Assembly (NCBI GenBank): GCA_000934665.2
Contig: JYFJ02002869.1
Span: forward strand, 1 to 49,622
Length of the DNA: 49,622 nt
From: Catajapyx aquilonaris
Lineage: Eukaryota
Reading direction: 5' to 3'
Below are positions 1 through 12,119 of this stretch, piece after piece. The translations under genes and the position numbers were made by a program. How positions within the stretch are numbered: position 1 is the stretch's first letter; each line of letters opens with the position of its first letter. The notes under the pieces were generated by a model, which made no database searches, was not told the DNA's origin, and saw only the letters and a program-made list of their open reading frames with translations.

Positions 1-2309
1 GCTGCCTCCTAGCGGAGGTCTGTGTAAAGACAGCAGATTAAAGCGAGTGTCAGCTCAGAGCAGACGTGTTATTATTGTGTTAGCCCAATACACAACAGGA
101 TCTGCATACGATAACTGGAACTGGTCAATACCACCCCCCAACCCACCACAAATCCGGGATCCGGGCGGACGGGGGAGGGGCGAAAAAAGGTGTATTCTCA
201 GGAACCCCCTCAAAATGCAACTCCTCGGGACGAGTATATATCGAAAATCCGAGAACTTTTCGATCACACCTCGTACTTTATCACTGCATGACATCAAAAC
301 CATTTGCTGCCTTTACTTGAAGTCAGAGACTAAATTAAGTCATTAACTAATTATTGAAGAATTATTTTTTCCCTCAACCTCTTCGCGGAGCACTTGGAGA
401 AGGTTCGTGGATCACAGTTTGGGAACCTCTGCAATAAGTCATAGCCACCTCACAATGCGTGACTTCATTTTTGGATAATGACTCTTCCGGCGTGGAATTA
501 CTCTATGGCAAAATGGCTACCTCTTTTGTGGCAGTCACTGTTGTAATCCCTGCCGAACGCGTATGAGGGCAGGGAAATGAGTAGCACAGGAAAACTACTT
601 CTTTCTATATACTATAGGCTGCAGTTCTGCTAGTCAAAAGAGACTTGTACATTGCTTGATTGCTATGCAACACTTCACATTGTTGTCATTGTTGTTGGTT
701 GAAATCTGAATTTTTTTCTTGTTATAATGGCCACCATCCTGGACCAGGATGACCTACTTGAAATATTGGAATTTTCCCGGAGGTTTGAAAGCAGGACCTA
801 TTTTTGTGTCAAGTTTGGTGCTTCTAGCATTGCCGGAAGTACCAGAACATTTGCGTCCCAAATCCTATATTGTTATACCCAGGAAAATAGCCTTGTTTGG
901 GCCCTTATAAACCGCAGACCGTCTGTCCAAATTTCACGATTTTTTTTTTCTGGGGTCCGTCCCGCTGTAAGACCAGGCCATGCAAATCTCAGACCTCCAG
1001 CCTTACCCAGTCCCGAGTTACAAGGGGCTCGTGTGTAGAGTAACTAGGGGGTTCGTGTAAAGGTAGGGCAGTGCAGGTGGAGGGTGGAAGGAGGGAGGAG
1101 GGAGGGAGGAGGGAGGAGGGAGGGTGTGAGGAGGGCGGAGGGAGGGTGGGAGGAGACTTGGCGGACGCACTGCCGTGCTACCCAATTTTAGTTAGAAATG
1201 AATATTTTATTCTTAATAGGTGCACACGCCCGTTACAGGCACAATCACCATATTATCAGAAGTGAAGAATATCTCACACAATTATGGTGGCTGCAAACAG
1301 GATGCATGTTCGTAGCAATTCCGACAAGCTTTTAGGATCAAAATGCATTGTATAGTAGGACTAGTAGCCTATACTGTAAGTCAATATTACGAGTAATATA
1401 CTAGTCAGGTCCGTGAAGATATTTTACGAGGTCCCAGTGTGCCTATAACAAGGCGTCAATTTTATACAATGCGGGGTGTTTCTGGATTGTCCCTCAGTCA
1501 GGGTACTCGTTGACCCCGAAGAAAAGTCGAAAATGAGGAGGTGCTGTAACCTATAATATAAATTGCAATACTATATCGAGGAGTTCCGTACATAACCACT
1601 TCCTTCTAGTGACCTTGAGGCCATAAAAGAGGAATATTTTTGGAATATCGAGTTGAAAGTGTTGGGCGTATCATAGACTACTGCAAAATATTTTATGACA
1701 TCCCATCAGTCACTCGCAAGCCCAAATGCCAATCCGAACCCTTCCTTGATGATGTATGTCATATTACTTATGCAAGCTAGCCTATTTATGGTACTTATTG
1801 TAAGGATTTGGAATACTCAGAGAAAGAAACTGAGATAATAATTTTTTTCCCCAACCAATCAGATCCCATCCCATATTTTTTTTTACGAATGGCCTGAAAG
1901 GAAGGAGTACAGGTATTATTTTCTCCCATTGGATTTCTTTTTTACTTTTTCCGCTTGCCCTTTCGAGGCAGTCAATTTTCATGATGGATTATTTTTTTAA
2001 ATAAATACCATGCGCCTAAATAAACTGTAGTTGCAGATGTGGAGTAGTTGCAGATGGGGACAGATGCACTTCCATCCCTGCACCGAATTACTGTTCTGAA
2101 AACAGCAAGCAATAAACTATATCCCCTGACGCAACTAACACGACGTGTCCTGAACATAAACATATCATTATTTTTTCTGTGAAAATCCACAAATCTGGAA
2201 TTGCAGGACAGAATGATGTCCCTGCTGCGTCCCTGCAGCCTTTTAATAGTCTGCATCCAGGCCGATGCAAGGTTCTCGATCACTTCCTCGGTTCACCTCG
2301 GTCAGGACA

Positions 2310-4872
2310 ATGCTGCTCTTCGTGTTGCTCGTACTCTCCTTTGCCTTCACGGGTAAGACACTCTTGGATATTTTTTATAGTACAAAAACCAACAAAATGA
2401 ATAACGTTATTAATTTCGCATGTAATTCCATCTGGCCTTGGAACTACAGTACTAACTGTTCCATCTTTGTTTTATTTGGCCACTCAGTTGTGAACTGTTG
2501 TGGCTAAATGTTTACAAGTACATAATATTATTTATTCTACGCATGTATTATCCTAGATTAAATTTTCACCGCCACGTCTCTTTCTCTCATATACCTTTTA
2601 AAACATGCCCATCAGCTGCTGGTGAAGTGGTGGAAAAGCCGCCATATCCGTTGCCAAAATTTGATTACGACTATTACACACACAATTTGGCAACAACAGT
2701 GGCAAAGCAAATTGAATCGCTGATCGGAGAAGCTCTCTCAAAAAAGGTGGCCCAGGAAATAGACTGTGGTAAGCCCACACTAACAGTAAGAGTCTGCACA
2801 CTTCACAAGTCCAAACCATCATTTTGTGCTTTCAGGTCCTCCATTAGGTAAGTTTTATAACTGCAACGGAACATGTTACCAGATGGGGATGCCCAATTGC
2901 GATTACGAGAAGACACTGTTCTTCCTGAGAAACTCCGCTGACCTTGATTTGGTTCAAGAATTGGAATTTTACCACGCCGACCTCACGCATAAGACCAACT
3001 TTAACAATAAATGCCAGACTGTTCTCATAATCCACGGCTATACCGAGTCTGCCAATATCGCCTGGATGCTACTCATGGAAAAAGCGCTCTTCTGGAAGGT
3101 GTGCCATTTTACTTCAGTTAATACCCTATAGTCCTACAATGCGATTGTTTCTTTCAGTACCAGAAATCCTGCTTGAACGTAATCCGCATAAGCCATGAGA
3201 CGAATCCCAACTTTGACCTCATCCGTCTGGCCAAAAACGGAGACGTGATTGGTCGACGCGTAGGAATCTTCATCCAGGAGATGGTGGTCAAATCTGTAGC
3301 AGACCCAGACATGATCCACCTCATAGGATTCAGCTTCGGTGGAGTTGTTACATCATATGCAGCAAAATACCTGGTCAAGAATGGCATTCATCTGGGAAGA
3401 ATCACTGGCAAGTGATATAGATCACGAAGGAGCGCTTACAGCACAGTAATATCTGTTGTTTCTGGATAGGCCTGGATCCTTCAGGGCCGACAGCTTGTTA
3501 CTGGGAAGGAGTGTCTGGAGGCCTCAGGTTAAACCCGACGCTAGGAAAGTACGTGGACATTATTCATACAAACGGAGGTTTCATCACGGGGCCATCAGGG
3601 CTGCCCTTGGGTTGCATGGACTCTCTGGGACACGTTGATTACTTTGTCAACGGAGGGATGTCACAGCCAGGATGCAACGTCACTTACGGTAAACGCACAT
3701 GCTAAATGTGCTAAAGAGTCGTGTTAAAGCAGCTTTTCTATATTTCCAGACAATCTGTTTTGTTCTCATTTGTTTGCACCAGCATATTTCACTAGTTCTA
3801 TCCTTTCCGAAGACTGTCCCTTCAAGTCCTTTCCTGCTCCTTCGAACTTGAGCTACGGTGAATTCGAGATGGGAAAGTACTTCACCTGCAATGATAATAA
3901 TTGCGGATTAATGGGATTTCATTCCAAAGAGACGAAAGCAAGAGGAATTCAGTTCGACAAGACTCTGCGCATACCTCCTTATTGTGGTCAGTAAAATAAA
4001 TATGACACATAGTAGCCTACAAAAAATTTCATCCACTTATATTTTATACCACAGGAAGCCAATTTGCGATGCACATCACTGTTGACTCGCCAGCTGCACT
4101 AAGATTTGAAATTGAACTATCACAGGGCAACATATCTACCGGAAAAATGCCTTTTATATCCATGTAAGTAGCATTTGTGCATTACTGTAAATATTTGAAG
4201 ATTGAAATGCAGGACGATCAGAGTTGCAAAGTCATCAACCAATGATATCTTAAATTATCTTAACACAGAATTGGTTAGAATCAGGCAACGATAATTGCAC
4301 TGTTACACGTTGGACGTCTTACATAGACACCATTAAATACGACAAGATCCCGTCTCTTAATTTTTGAAACAACAATATTTTACCACAAAATCATGTAAAA
4401 GTGGCTCTGATCGTTCAAATATTCATTTTCTTCGATGCTTCCTTCAATAATATCATTATTATTGTGTCATTAGTGTGTTTACGTGCAAAAACATTTCTTA
4501 GGAATACCGCTCCAAGTACGTCAGCTGAACAGGTCGTCATTGGAAAATATGCTCCTTTTGTTGTCAACAAGAAAACAAAACTGTCTGCTAAGATTAGTCT
4601 TGCCATCCAGCCAATCAAAACCATGAAAGTGACTGATGTTCACGGAAAGAGGTGAGGAATCCGTTTGAAATATTTTCAACAATATTGGGAGAAAAGATTA
4701 GCCTTCCAATGATACTAAAATCAATTTACATTTCAGCACATTTTACTGTACTTCCTCTGGAAATGGAGCTACTGCAATTGCAAAATCTCCAATGCAAAAC
4801 ATGCGAATCAATTTAACTGATACCACCTGTCAAAGTGTCAGCGCAACTCCAAGACTTTTGAGTGGAGTTTAA
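2310..4872 (+). CDS. Lip1: secreted pancreatic-lipase-family (PLRP/PLA1-like) protein, 9 exons, apparently intact
   Basis: Exons 2310-2352, 2616-2768, 2836-3098, 3158-3407, 3470-3688, 3750-3986, 4055-4163, 4502-4651 and 4737-4872 splice in frame. Signal peptide MLLFVLLVLSFAF, IIHGY, nucleophile elbow GFSFG, RITGLDPSGP (Asp), DIIHTNG, GHVDYFVNGG-QPGC and CSH (His). AATAAA at about 4943. Intron 4 uses a GC donor. Confidence 0.9.
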
Positions 4873-5977
4873 AGTGTCACTTTGAATGATACAATGTGCT
4901 TAGATTTCGCGAGTTATCTCTCTGTATTTATTTTCTTTGCAAAATAAAAATCGCTTCTGCAGATTTGGTCACGTCCGGAAAATTATTCATGGAATAATTA
5001 GAGTCCCATGTTAGTACTGATGACGATTATGGCACTTATGGAAAATAAATGGGCAAACATAAATACTATAGGGTCAATCCAAGGCCTAATTTTCACAAGC
5101 AGAGCAAGAAATAGGCCAGCTTTCTGCAGAACTACTAGACACTAATCTTTTTGAATGAAGTACTTTGGCTTTGGTTTAATATGTCTGAGTTATTGCTTAA
5201 ACATCACAGCAAATATTATGGTTTCTTTCAACCGCAAGGGAATAAGAATACTTTATGTGATTACGAAATGTGCATAAAGTGCTTTGTTTACTGAAAAGAG
5301 ACACTGTTATCGATAAATGAAGATATGCTCTAAATGTAGGCCTGTATCGTGTAGCACAAAGATTAGGATTGTTAAGATTGTTATATAACTTAGAGTTTGT
5401 TCTGAATCAGATCAAAGGCAGGCAAGTCCACAAGAGGTGAGAATCTACAGAATAGAAGCGACAACCGATCATTTCTTATCTTTTACCTGCACTGTATAAG
5501 CTTGAACTTTTTATGTATAATACATGACTCTGTTGTCGCAGTTCCACGGCATACGGTATACCAATGTGTCATCAATTCCCAATGACATTAAAGTATACAT
5601 AACTGCTGCATGTTTTTGAGTTATGCCTCCCATCTCTGGACTTGCATGCCTTTGATCTGACACGCTTCACATGTTGACGTTGCCTTAGATGCTTAGACCA
5701 TATAAAGAAAGTTATAATGTAAACATCACATTGACATAATATTTACTTGTTTAATTTTTATGGCTATTTTCCTGCCTTTTTAAACCGAAGAGGTGCATTT
5801 TTATACAGCAGGATGTATACTGTATTTGTGTAGTAGGTCAATGAGTAAAGAAGATATGCAGAATGTCAAGGAAGAATATGTAGATCATATACTGTATGCA
5901 GTATGTTAATATCGTACCTGTTTACGATGATGGCTCTTACCCAAGGAAAAAAAATACCTACACCTTTCATATTTATG

Positions 5978-6609
5978 CCGATCCGAGTTAGCTCCAGAAC
6001 AGGACTGGGCAGAATAAGGCACCTCCCTTTCACCATACGATTCGAATTATACGCGCAGTTCATTTTGATAGGACCAAGTTCTGTTTCGCAACATCAATTC
6101 TTTTCCGAAAACTTGCCGAAAACTAGTTGAAAGATATTTAGATTGATTTTTTCAGTTCAGGTATTTGGCCAGAAAGTAGGACTACTATTCGCGTTGAAAA
6201 AACTAACATTGGGGATGATGATAACAATGATGACGACGACGACGATGAGGCATTCCCCGCGCAGGCTGCCAATTTATTCCTGTCCCACATGTATAACAAA
6301 ACTCGTCAAGTTAGAATTTTGCGAAATTCAGATATTCCAATTTTAAAAATTGTTTTGCATACATTGTACAGACAAAAAAATGTACAATTTTTTCTCATCG
6401 AGGACAATAAATTCACGCATACTGAGCTGCGTATAAGTTATTCCCTTAATTGCACGATTAGGGAGTGACCGTCTTTGCCAGAACCGAAGTTTCACTTTCA
6501 ACTGATATGGCAGGAAAATATATACAGTATAAAAAAGTGAACCAGCAAGCGGATCAATCGACTTTGACACCCTTTGGAAACAGAACACAAATTCTTAATG
6601 TGTGGTGGA
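5978..6609. repeat. About 630-bp dispersed repeat, copy 1 (probable non-autonomous transposon fragment)
   Basis: Highly similar to 17117-17734, from CCGATC-GAGTTAGCTCCAGAACAGG to CTTAATGTGTGGTGGA. No clear TIR or TSD seen. Confidence 0.85.
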
Positions 6610-7142
6610 CATACTGTTCATATTAAGGAGGTAGGATTCCTGAGAACATCACATCATCAAAGTTGGCTTTGAACTTTGAAGGGTGAAAAACCAGACAATA
6701 GCAAGTTTCGTAATCCGCTGCTATTAATGTTCCTGAAAGCGTGACCTTGAATAATAAATGCACATGTGCACAATGCCGTTGTCAGTCGCTATCGCCTTCA
6801 TATTGTGGTCTTATACTGTATAATGGCAAAAAATTAGCATATTTCACTCTCACTCTCTGCGGAAATGGTGGACGTTCAGTCATTGAATATCGGAGCCAGT
6901 AAAAGATGGATCCGTTTTAATATCATTCCCAATGAAAAAGGCTAGTAAAAGAAAATTCTGCTCATCGAGGACGGTGCTGCTCATCCATCAAAATTATTGT
7001 AGTCTATGCACAGATTAAAGGAAGACGATGATTGTGTAATATTGCACCGGAACAACGATGTGATAACACCTTTGCGTGCGACTCTCTGCAATATATTTGA
7101 GCACGGCGCTACAATAGTCGGTATTCTTCCTGAGCTGAGACC

Positions 7143-9080
7143 ATGAGGTCACCTTTACTGATCACGGCTCTTTTACTCTCATTTTGTGAGTATCATTTCA
7201 TTCATGTGCGTCAAGTAAACATTACTCCTGCAATTATCAGGCTACTTCATGGCGCGTTATGATTCTAGTCGAGCGCAATGAGGGACACGATACGGATCCA
7301 GACATACAGTTCTACACCAGCAACCTTCCAGCAACAATACTGCAGCAGATGATTTATGCTATGTCAATTGTGGCGACCACGAACCTGTTTGAAAACCAGA
7401 AATGCTGCGGTAAGCTTCGGATACACTTCCATGACTATCACAAAATAATATATTACATTATGTCTTTCTTTTTCACAGCCAATTTAGGCTGCTTTGACAA
7501 TGGAGGAAGAACCCACTACTTACTGGGCCTGCCTGACTGCAACTTCATGGAGACCAAATTCTATCTGACCAATTCAGCCAAGCCTTCAGTCACTCGGGTC
7601 CTGCCTTACAACAATGCAGGGCTTCTGGAAAGGTCCGGATACGACAAGAAGTGTCCCAGCGTGTATGTAATTCACGGATACGGAGAGTCTCCCAAAATTA
7701 AGTGGGTGAAAGAAATGAAGGACGCCTTGTTGCGGAAGGTATGCATGACATGTATTTACAGCAAGTGTGGGTGTGTCAGATGTTCATTGTTTCAGTACCG
7801 AAATTCGTGCGTCAATGTGATCCTAGTGGGCTACGAAGAGCTCTCAAATATTTTCTACAACGACATGTTGCGTCATGTTGAACTGATAGGTCGAAGAATC
7901 GGATTCTTCATCGGAATGACTGTCCAACTGATGGGGGCCAATCCGGACGACATTCATATGGTAGGATTCAGCCTCGGAGGAATGATCACAGGCTACGCCG
8001 GGCAATTCCTTCTGACCAAAAACATCAGCGTTGGTCGCATTACAGGTACTGTGCCAAATAATGCGCAGGGGATGTCTTACAAATTATGAATTGTTTCAAC
8101 TTGATTAGCCTTGGATCCGGCCGGACCAGGATTCTGCTCCTTCTCCCAATTCTCAGCTGGATACAAGCTGAATCAATCGCACGCTCAGTACGTCATGGCC
8201 ATTCACACGAATGCAGGAAGCATTTTCCGACTCCAAGCGGGATGCATGGATCCTCTGGGGCACGTGGACTACTATCCCAACGGTGGACAAGCACAGCCGA
8301 CTTGCGAAACCGGCAGCATTTTGGGTCATTAACTGTTGTTTAGACTTTCAAAAATGAAAATAATATTCCGTACACTGTTTTGCAGGCATTTTCAGCTGCC
8401 ACCACTATTGCGCACCCGCTTACTTCATGAGGAGCCTTTCGAATGAGAACTGCTTCAGGTCCTTCCCAGCTGCCGATTACACCAATTTCAAAGAGTATGT
8501 ACCGAGCAAGTCAACAATCGCAATAGGAAACATGGGCTTTGATTCGGTTACCACGAAAGCTAAAGGAATTCAGTATCTTAAAACTTCCGACCATGCACCA
8601 TATTGCGGTGAGATTAAATAATAATTTCTCTTTCACGTAATATACGCACAGTCATGTTCTTAGTCCTTTCGTATGTTTTTATGCTTCAATTGTTGGTGTA
8701 AATTACAGGGAGCCAGTTTAGGATTGAAGCGACAACTACTAAACGTCCGGCCATCCCGATATTCATAGTTACTCTTTCGGATGGCACTTTCAGCACCGAA
8801 AAAATGAGCCTACATGCCAGCACGTAAGCATCTCAAAAATGTTGGGTAATAATAATAATGGGCTGAGCATAATTATGGCGAGAAAAAAATATTAGGCTAT
8901 TGAACAATCTGCCAGTTTGGTATAATCCCGTGTGTGTTTTGCAGGAGGTCGAAACATATTACAAACATGATTGTTAGCACCATCACACCTGTAAATTTTG
9001 CCGCTGGAAGCGTTATTACTGCAAAGTTTAAACCAAAGATATCACTTAAATCTCTGGTGATAACTAATGAAGATGGATGA
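7143..9080 (+). CDS. Lip2a: pancreatic-lipase-family protein with a premature TGA at the end of exon 8 (ancestral end 9338)
   Basis: Exons 7143-7185, 7269-7409, 7479-7738, 7796-8045, 8109-8324, 8386-8607, 8709-8823, 8945-9082 and (9260-9338). Motifs VIHGY, GFSLG, ALDPAGP, GHVDYYPNGG, CHH. TGA at 9078-9080 where paralog Lip2b has TTA (Leu). Confidence 0.85.
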
Positions 9081-9999
9081 AGGTAAGCTGCAACATCGGA
9101 AACTGGTTGCTTGGGCTCATATTAAGGGACAAATTCTGCTATTATGTGTACAGAAGATATTCACAAGTGGATAATCCGAGAAATCGGGTTGATTTCCTCT
9201 TTAATTTGCGTTCATGCAACCGGAATTCATATATATTTACATTTTTCTCCCCATTACAGCAAGTATTATTGCAACAATGCCAAAGGTAAGGTGCCAGCTG
9301 CCAAATCCAGAATAAAACTCGACGACAACAAGTGTTAATCGGGACAGACGGGGATTAATACGGAGGATTTCTGTCAGTTTGGACTGACTTATCCAATCTT
9401 AAATGACCTTGATTTTTAAAAAAAGGATTGCAGTAGTCAAACTCTACACAAATGTACTACAGTACAGTACGTCGGTGAATCCCGTATAAATTGCATGATA
9501 TAAATTTGCAATGCTTGAGAAATGTTTTTATGGCAATTAATCTCTGGAGCAGCAGAAGTAGCAGAAATGACTACTTTTCACGCAAAACATATGGTGATAA
9601 TATTAAAATGCACTCATACGTAGACATTCGTAGCTACGAATATTATTTAAAATCTGAAAATCACTTGAAAATATGTAATGACCAATCAACAAATCAGTGC
9701 TGCCCTGTCATAAATGACTATATTCCATTCTGCAATAGATGTTTTCAAGAAATCAGTACCGTGTGTCAAATATTGTGGATTTTGATAAAGTGTCAGTCAT
9801 CGCGGGCTTAAACGCAATTTTATCTTAGTTCTGTGCTCCATTATCCAATGTTCTGTTTCGCTCATTACCATCCAAATAGCAACTATTTAATTGAATTTTC
9901 AGTGAATAAATATATCATAAAAAGTCTAGTTAAATTTAAAACACAACCTATCTCCAATTTTTGCCTACCTTGGTGCATTTATAGGAATAAGATGGACCA

Positions 10000-11640
10000 C
10001 ACTGAAAACCTGGAGTGCATTAAAATATGCACGAAGTGAATATGTGGAGCAGAATATGCATCTATCGCATGAAATTATGCACGAAATGTCAATGGTTTGC
10101 ATTATTTTATTCACTTTTGAAAACTGCATAAATTTATGCAGCGACTATGTTCACTAAGTAAGTAATTAAATGCACTATATGAATAATGTTATTCATATAG
10201 TGCATATTCCCGTTATTTTTATTCATTTCACGCAGTTTATGCAGTAAGTGAATGGAACATAAGCAGTGCGTTATTTTATTCACTTACTGCATAAACTGCA
10301 TAAAATGCAGTAAGTGAATGAAATAATTGACTGCTTTTTTCCATTCACTTACTGCATTTATGCATTTTATGCAGGAAGTGAATAAATGAAATGTTTGATT
10401 AGGGATGACGTCATGCGTGTGACATCATGATGAAGGTCAGGTCTATCGGGTTTGCGGTGATCGGGAGGCAACTTATACTGACAAGACTGAAGCAGCCTTC
10501 GTTTGGCAACGGAAGGCCGCGAGTGCAATGGACACATCAGCAAAGTAAGTAGCCTAGATAACCAAGTAATAATGTATCCGTATTTGTTGACATTTACACT
10601 GCTGTCGTACTATATGTTTGATCTGTTCCTCTATGCGACACTCCGTTTCTATTTGATTTCCCCCATTTGAGTGCATTTTTGGCGTTAGCACTAATTACTG
10701 TTCCACTTACAGCAAAAATGGTTTGTTTTGGAAATCGACTTACTTCACTCCAAAACGTGGCTCCTCCAGGAGAAGATGAGGCATCAAACATAATAATTAA
10801 CCACAAAGAGCGGATGAAAAAGGAAATGAAACACGTAAGTTTATGTACAGTAATTTGTGTAATCATTATCTTTAATATTTCTGAGTAATAATGTCATTAA
10901 TTTCGCAGCAATTAATTTCATGCATTTACTCGAACCCTTTTCTTCCAGACATAGCCGCATCCGTACCGGAGATTGTGGATATTGAACATAGGAAGGATGG
11001 TACAGTACATGTAGAATTGCACACTTCTCATCCATCAATGTATACAACTGTCAGTATTAACTGTACGTAAGTGTATGCCGCGGCTGTGATTAATTTCATT
11101 TGTGGTTCATAATTTCATGTCATATTATGCAGAAGGTTATTAGGATAATCCTTATAATGACATCATCAGAAATGCACAATTTTATGACGATCAAAGGAAA
11201 ATATTATAAAAGGATGTTGTTATGAAAGGAATCAGCTGCAGCATATTTTAATACAGTGAATGTATTTACTCAATGTATGTCAATTAGTATTGCAAATAAA
11301 TGATTATTGCCAAATGCATACGTTTATTTATACAGGTGTGTATTGAACTACCAAAGATTTCACCCAATGCATATAGTCTATTAATGCACTTAAATGAATA
11401 AAGTGACTTTATTCACCTGTCCCAGTTTCAAGTTGGCAAGTGAATTAATATATTCACATTGACGCATAAGTTTATTTACTAAATGAATAGAGTGAAATTA
11501 TTCACTTGTCCAATGTGGTGAATTTAAAAATGCACTCAATGCATATATTAATGCATTTGAAATGAATAAAGTGAAATTATTCACCTGTCCCAGTTTCAAG
11601 TTGGTAAGTGAATAAAATTATGCACTCCAGGTTTTCAGTG
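10000..11640. mobile_element. Non-autonomous CACTA/CMC(EnSpm)-like DNA transposon, 1641 bp
   Basis: 21-bp perfect TIR CACTGAAAACCTGGAGTGCAT...ATGCACTCCAGGTTTTCAGTG. 2-bp TSD CA (9998-9999 and 11641-11642). Many subterminal TATTCAC/GTGAAT motifs in both orientations. The duplicated copy has the empty site GGACCAGAAAAGG at about 27140. No transposase ORF. Confidence 0.9.
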
Positions 11641-12119
11641 CAGAAAAGGAAGACTCTGCATAATATTTAAGCACCGTTCGATTATTATTCTTATTATTAT
11701 TCCTTGTGATGTAATAAAAACTTTCCGCCGCTCTAAATGACAAGTTAGTATGTGACGTGATGCTGTGCCGGCCAGGCATATAATTCACAGAATATAGACA
11801 GATCAGCAAATCCTTCGTGATCAATTTGGCAGCTTATCCAGCCATATTGCTATTGCAAAAGATGGCATAAATCAAACTAGAGTCATAGCAGTGCCTCATT
11901 AAGCCCTGTAAATGCTTACAACCCGTGAGACATTTATGGATAGTAATGTCTGGAGCACCAGAAGTATATGACTGTATAGGATTTAGGTGCTAATGTATGT
12001 ATGTATGCAACGACATTTTTCCGTGCGATGAATATTAAAATCCCTAATTTTAATATTCAAATGCAGGTTTGCAAAAATGAAAAGAGGCTATTGTTTTATT
12101 GGCATGCATTGCTTTCCAG

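Noticed and set aside
395..430. CACAGTTTGGGAACCTCTG, a hAT-MITE-like right end
   Set aside because: No matching left end or TSD was identified in the window.
740..1200. Possible Helitron-like or other non-autonomous element
   Set aside because: It looks repeat-like, but I could not define termini, a hairpin or a TSD.
1071..1265. Gly/Glu/Arg-rich ORF and G-rich purine tract
   Set aside because: Low-complexity (GGA/GGGA) sequence, probably within a repeat element. No splice or homology support.
5903..6130. Similar ORFs here and at 17108-17386 suggesting a duplicated small gene
   Set aside because: Both lie in the dispersed repeat, and stops and indels differ between the copies, so the frame is not conserved.
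7259..8089. 276-aa ORF as a single-exon gene
   Set aside because: It reads through two introns of Lip2a whose lengths are multiples of 3. The paralog's introns break the frame.
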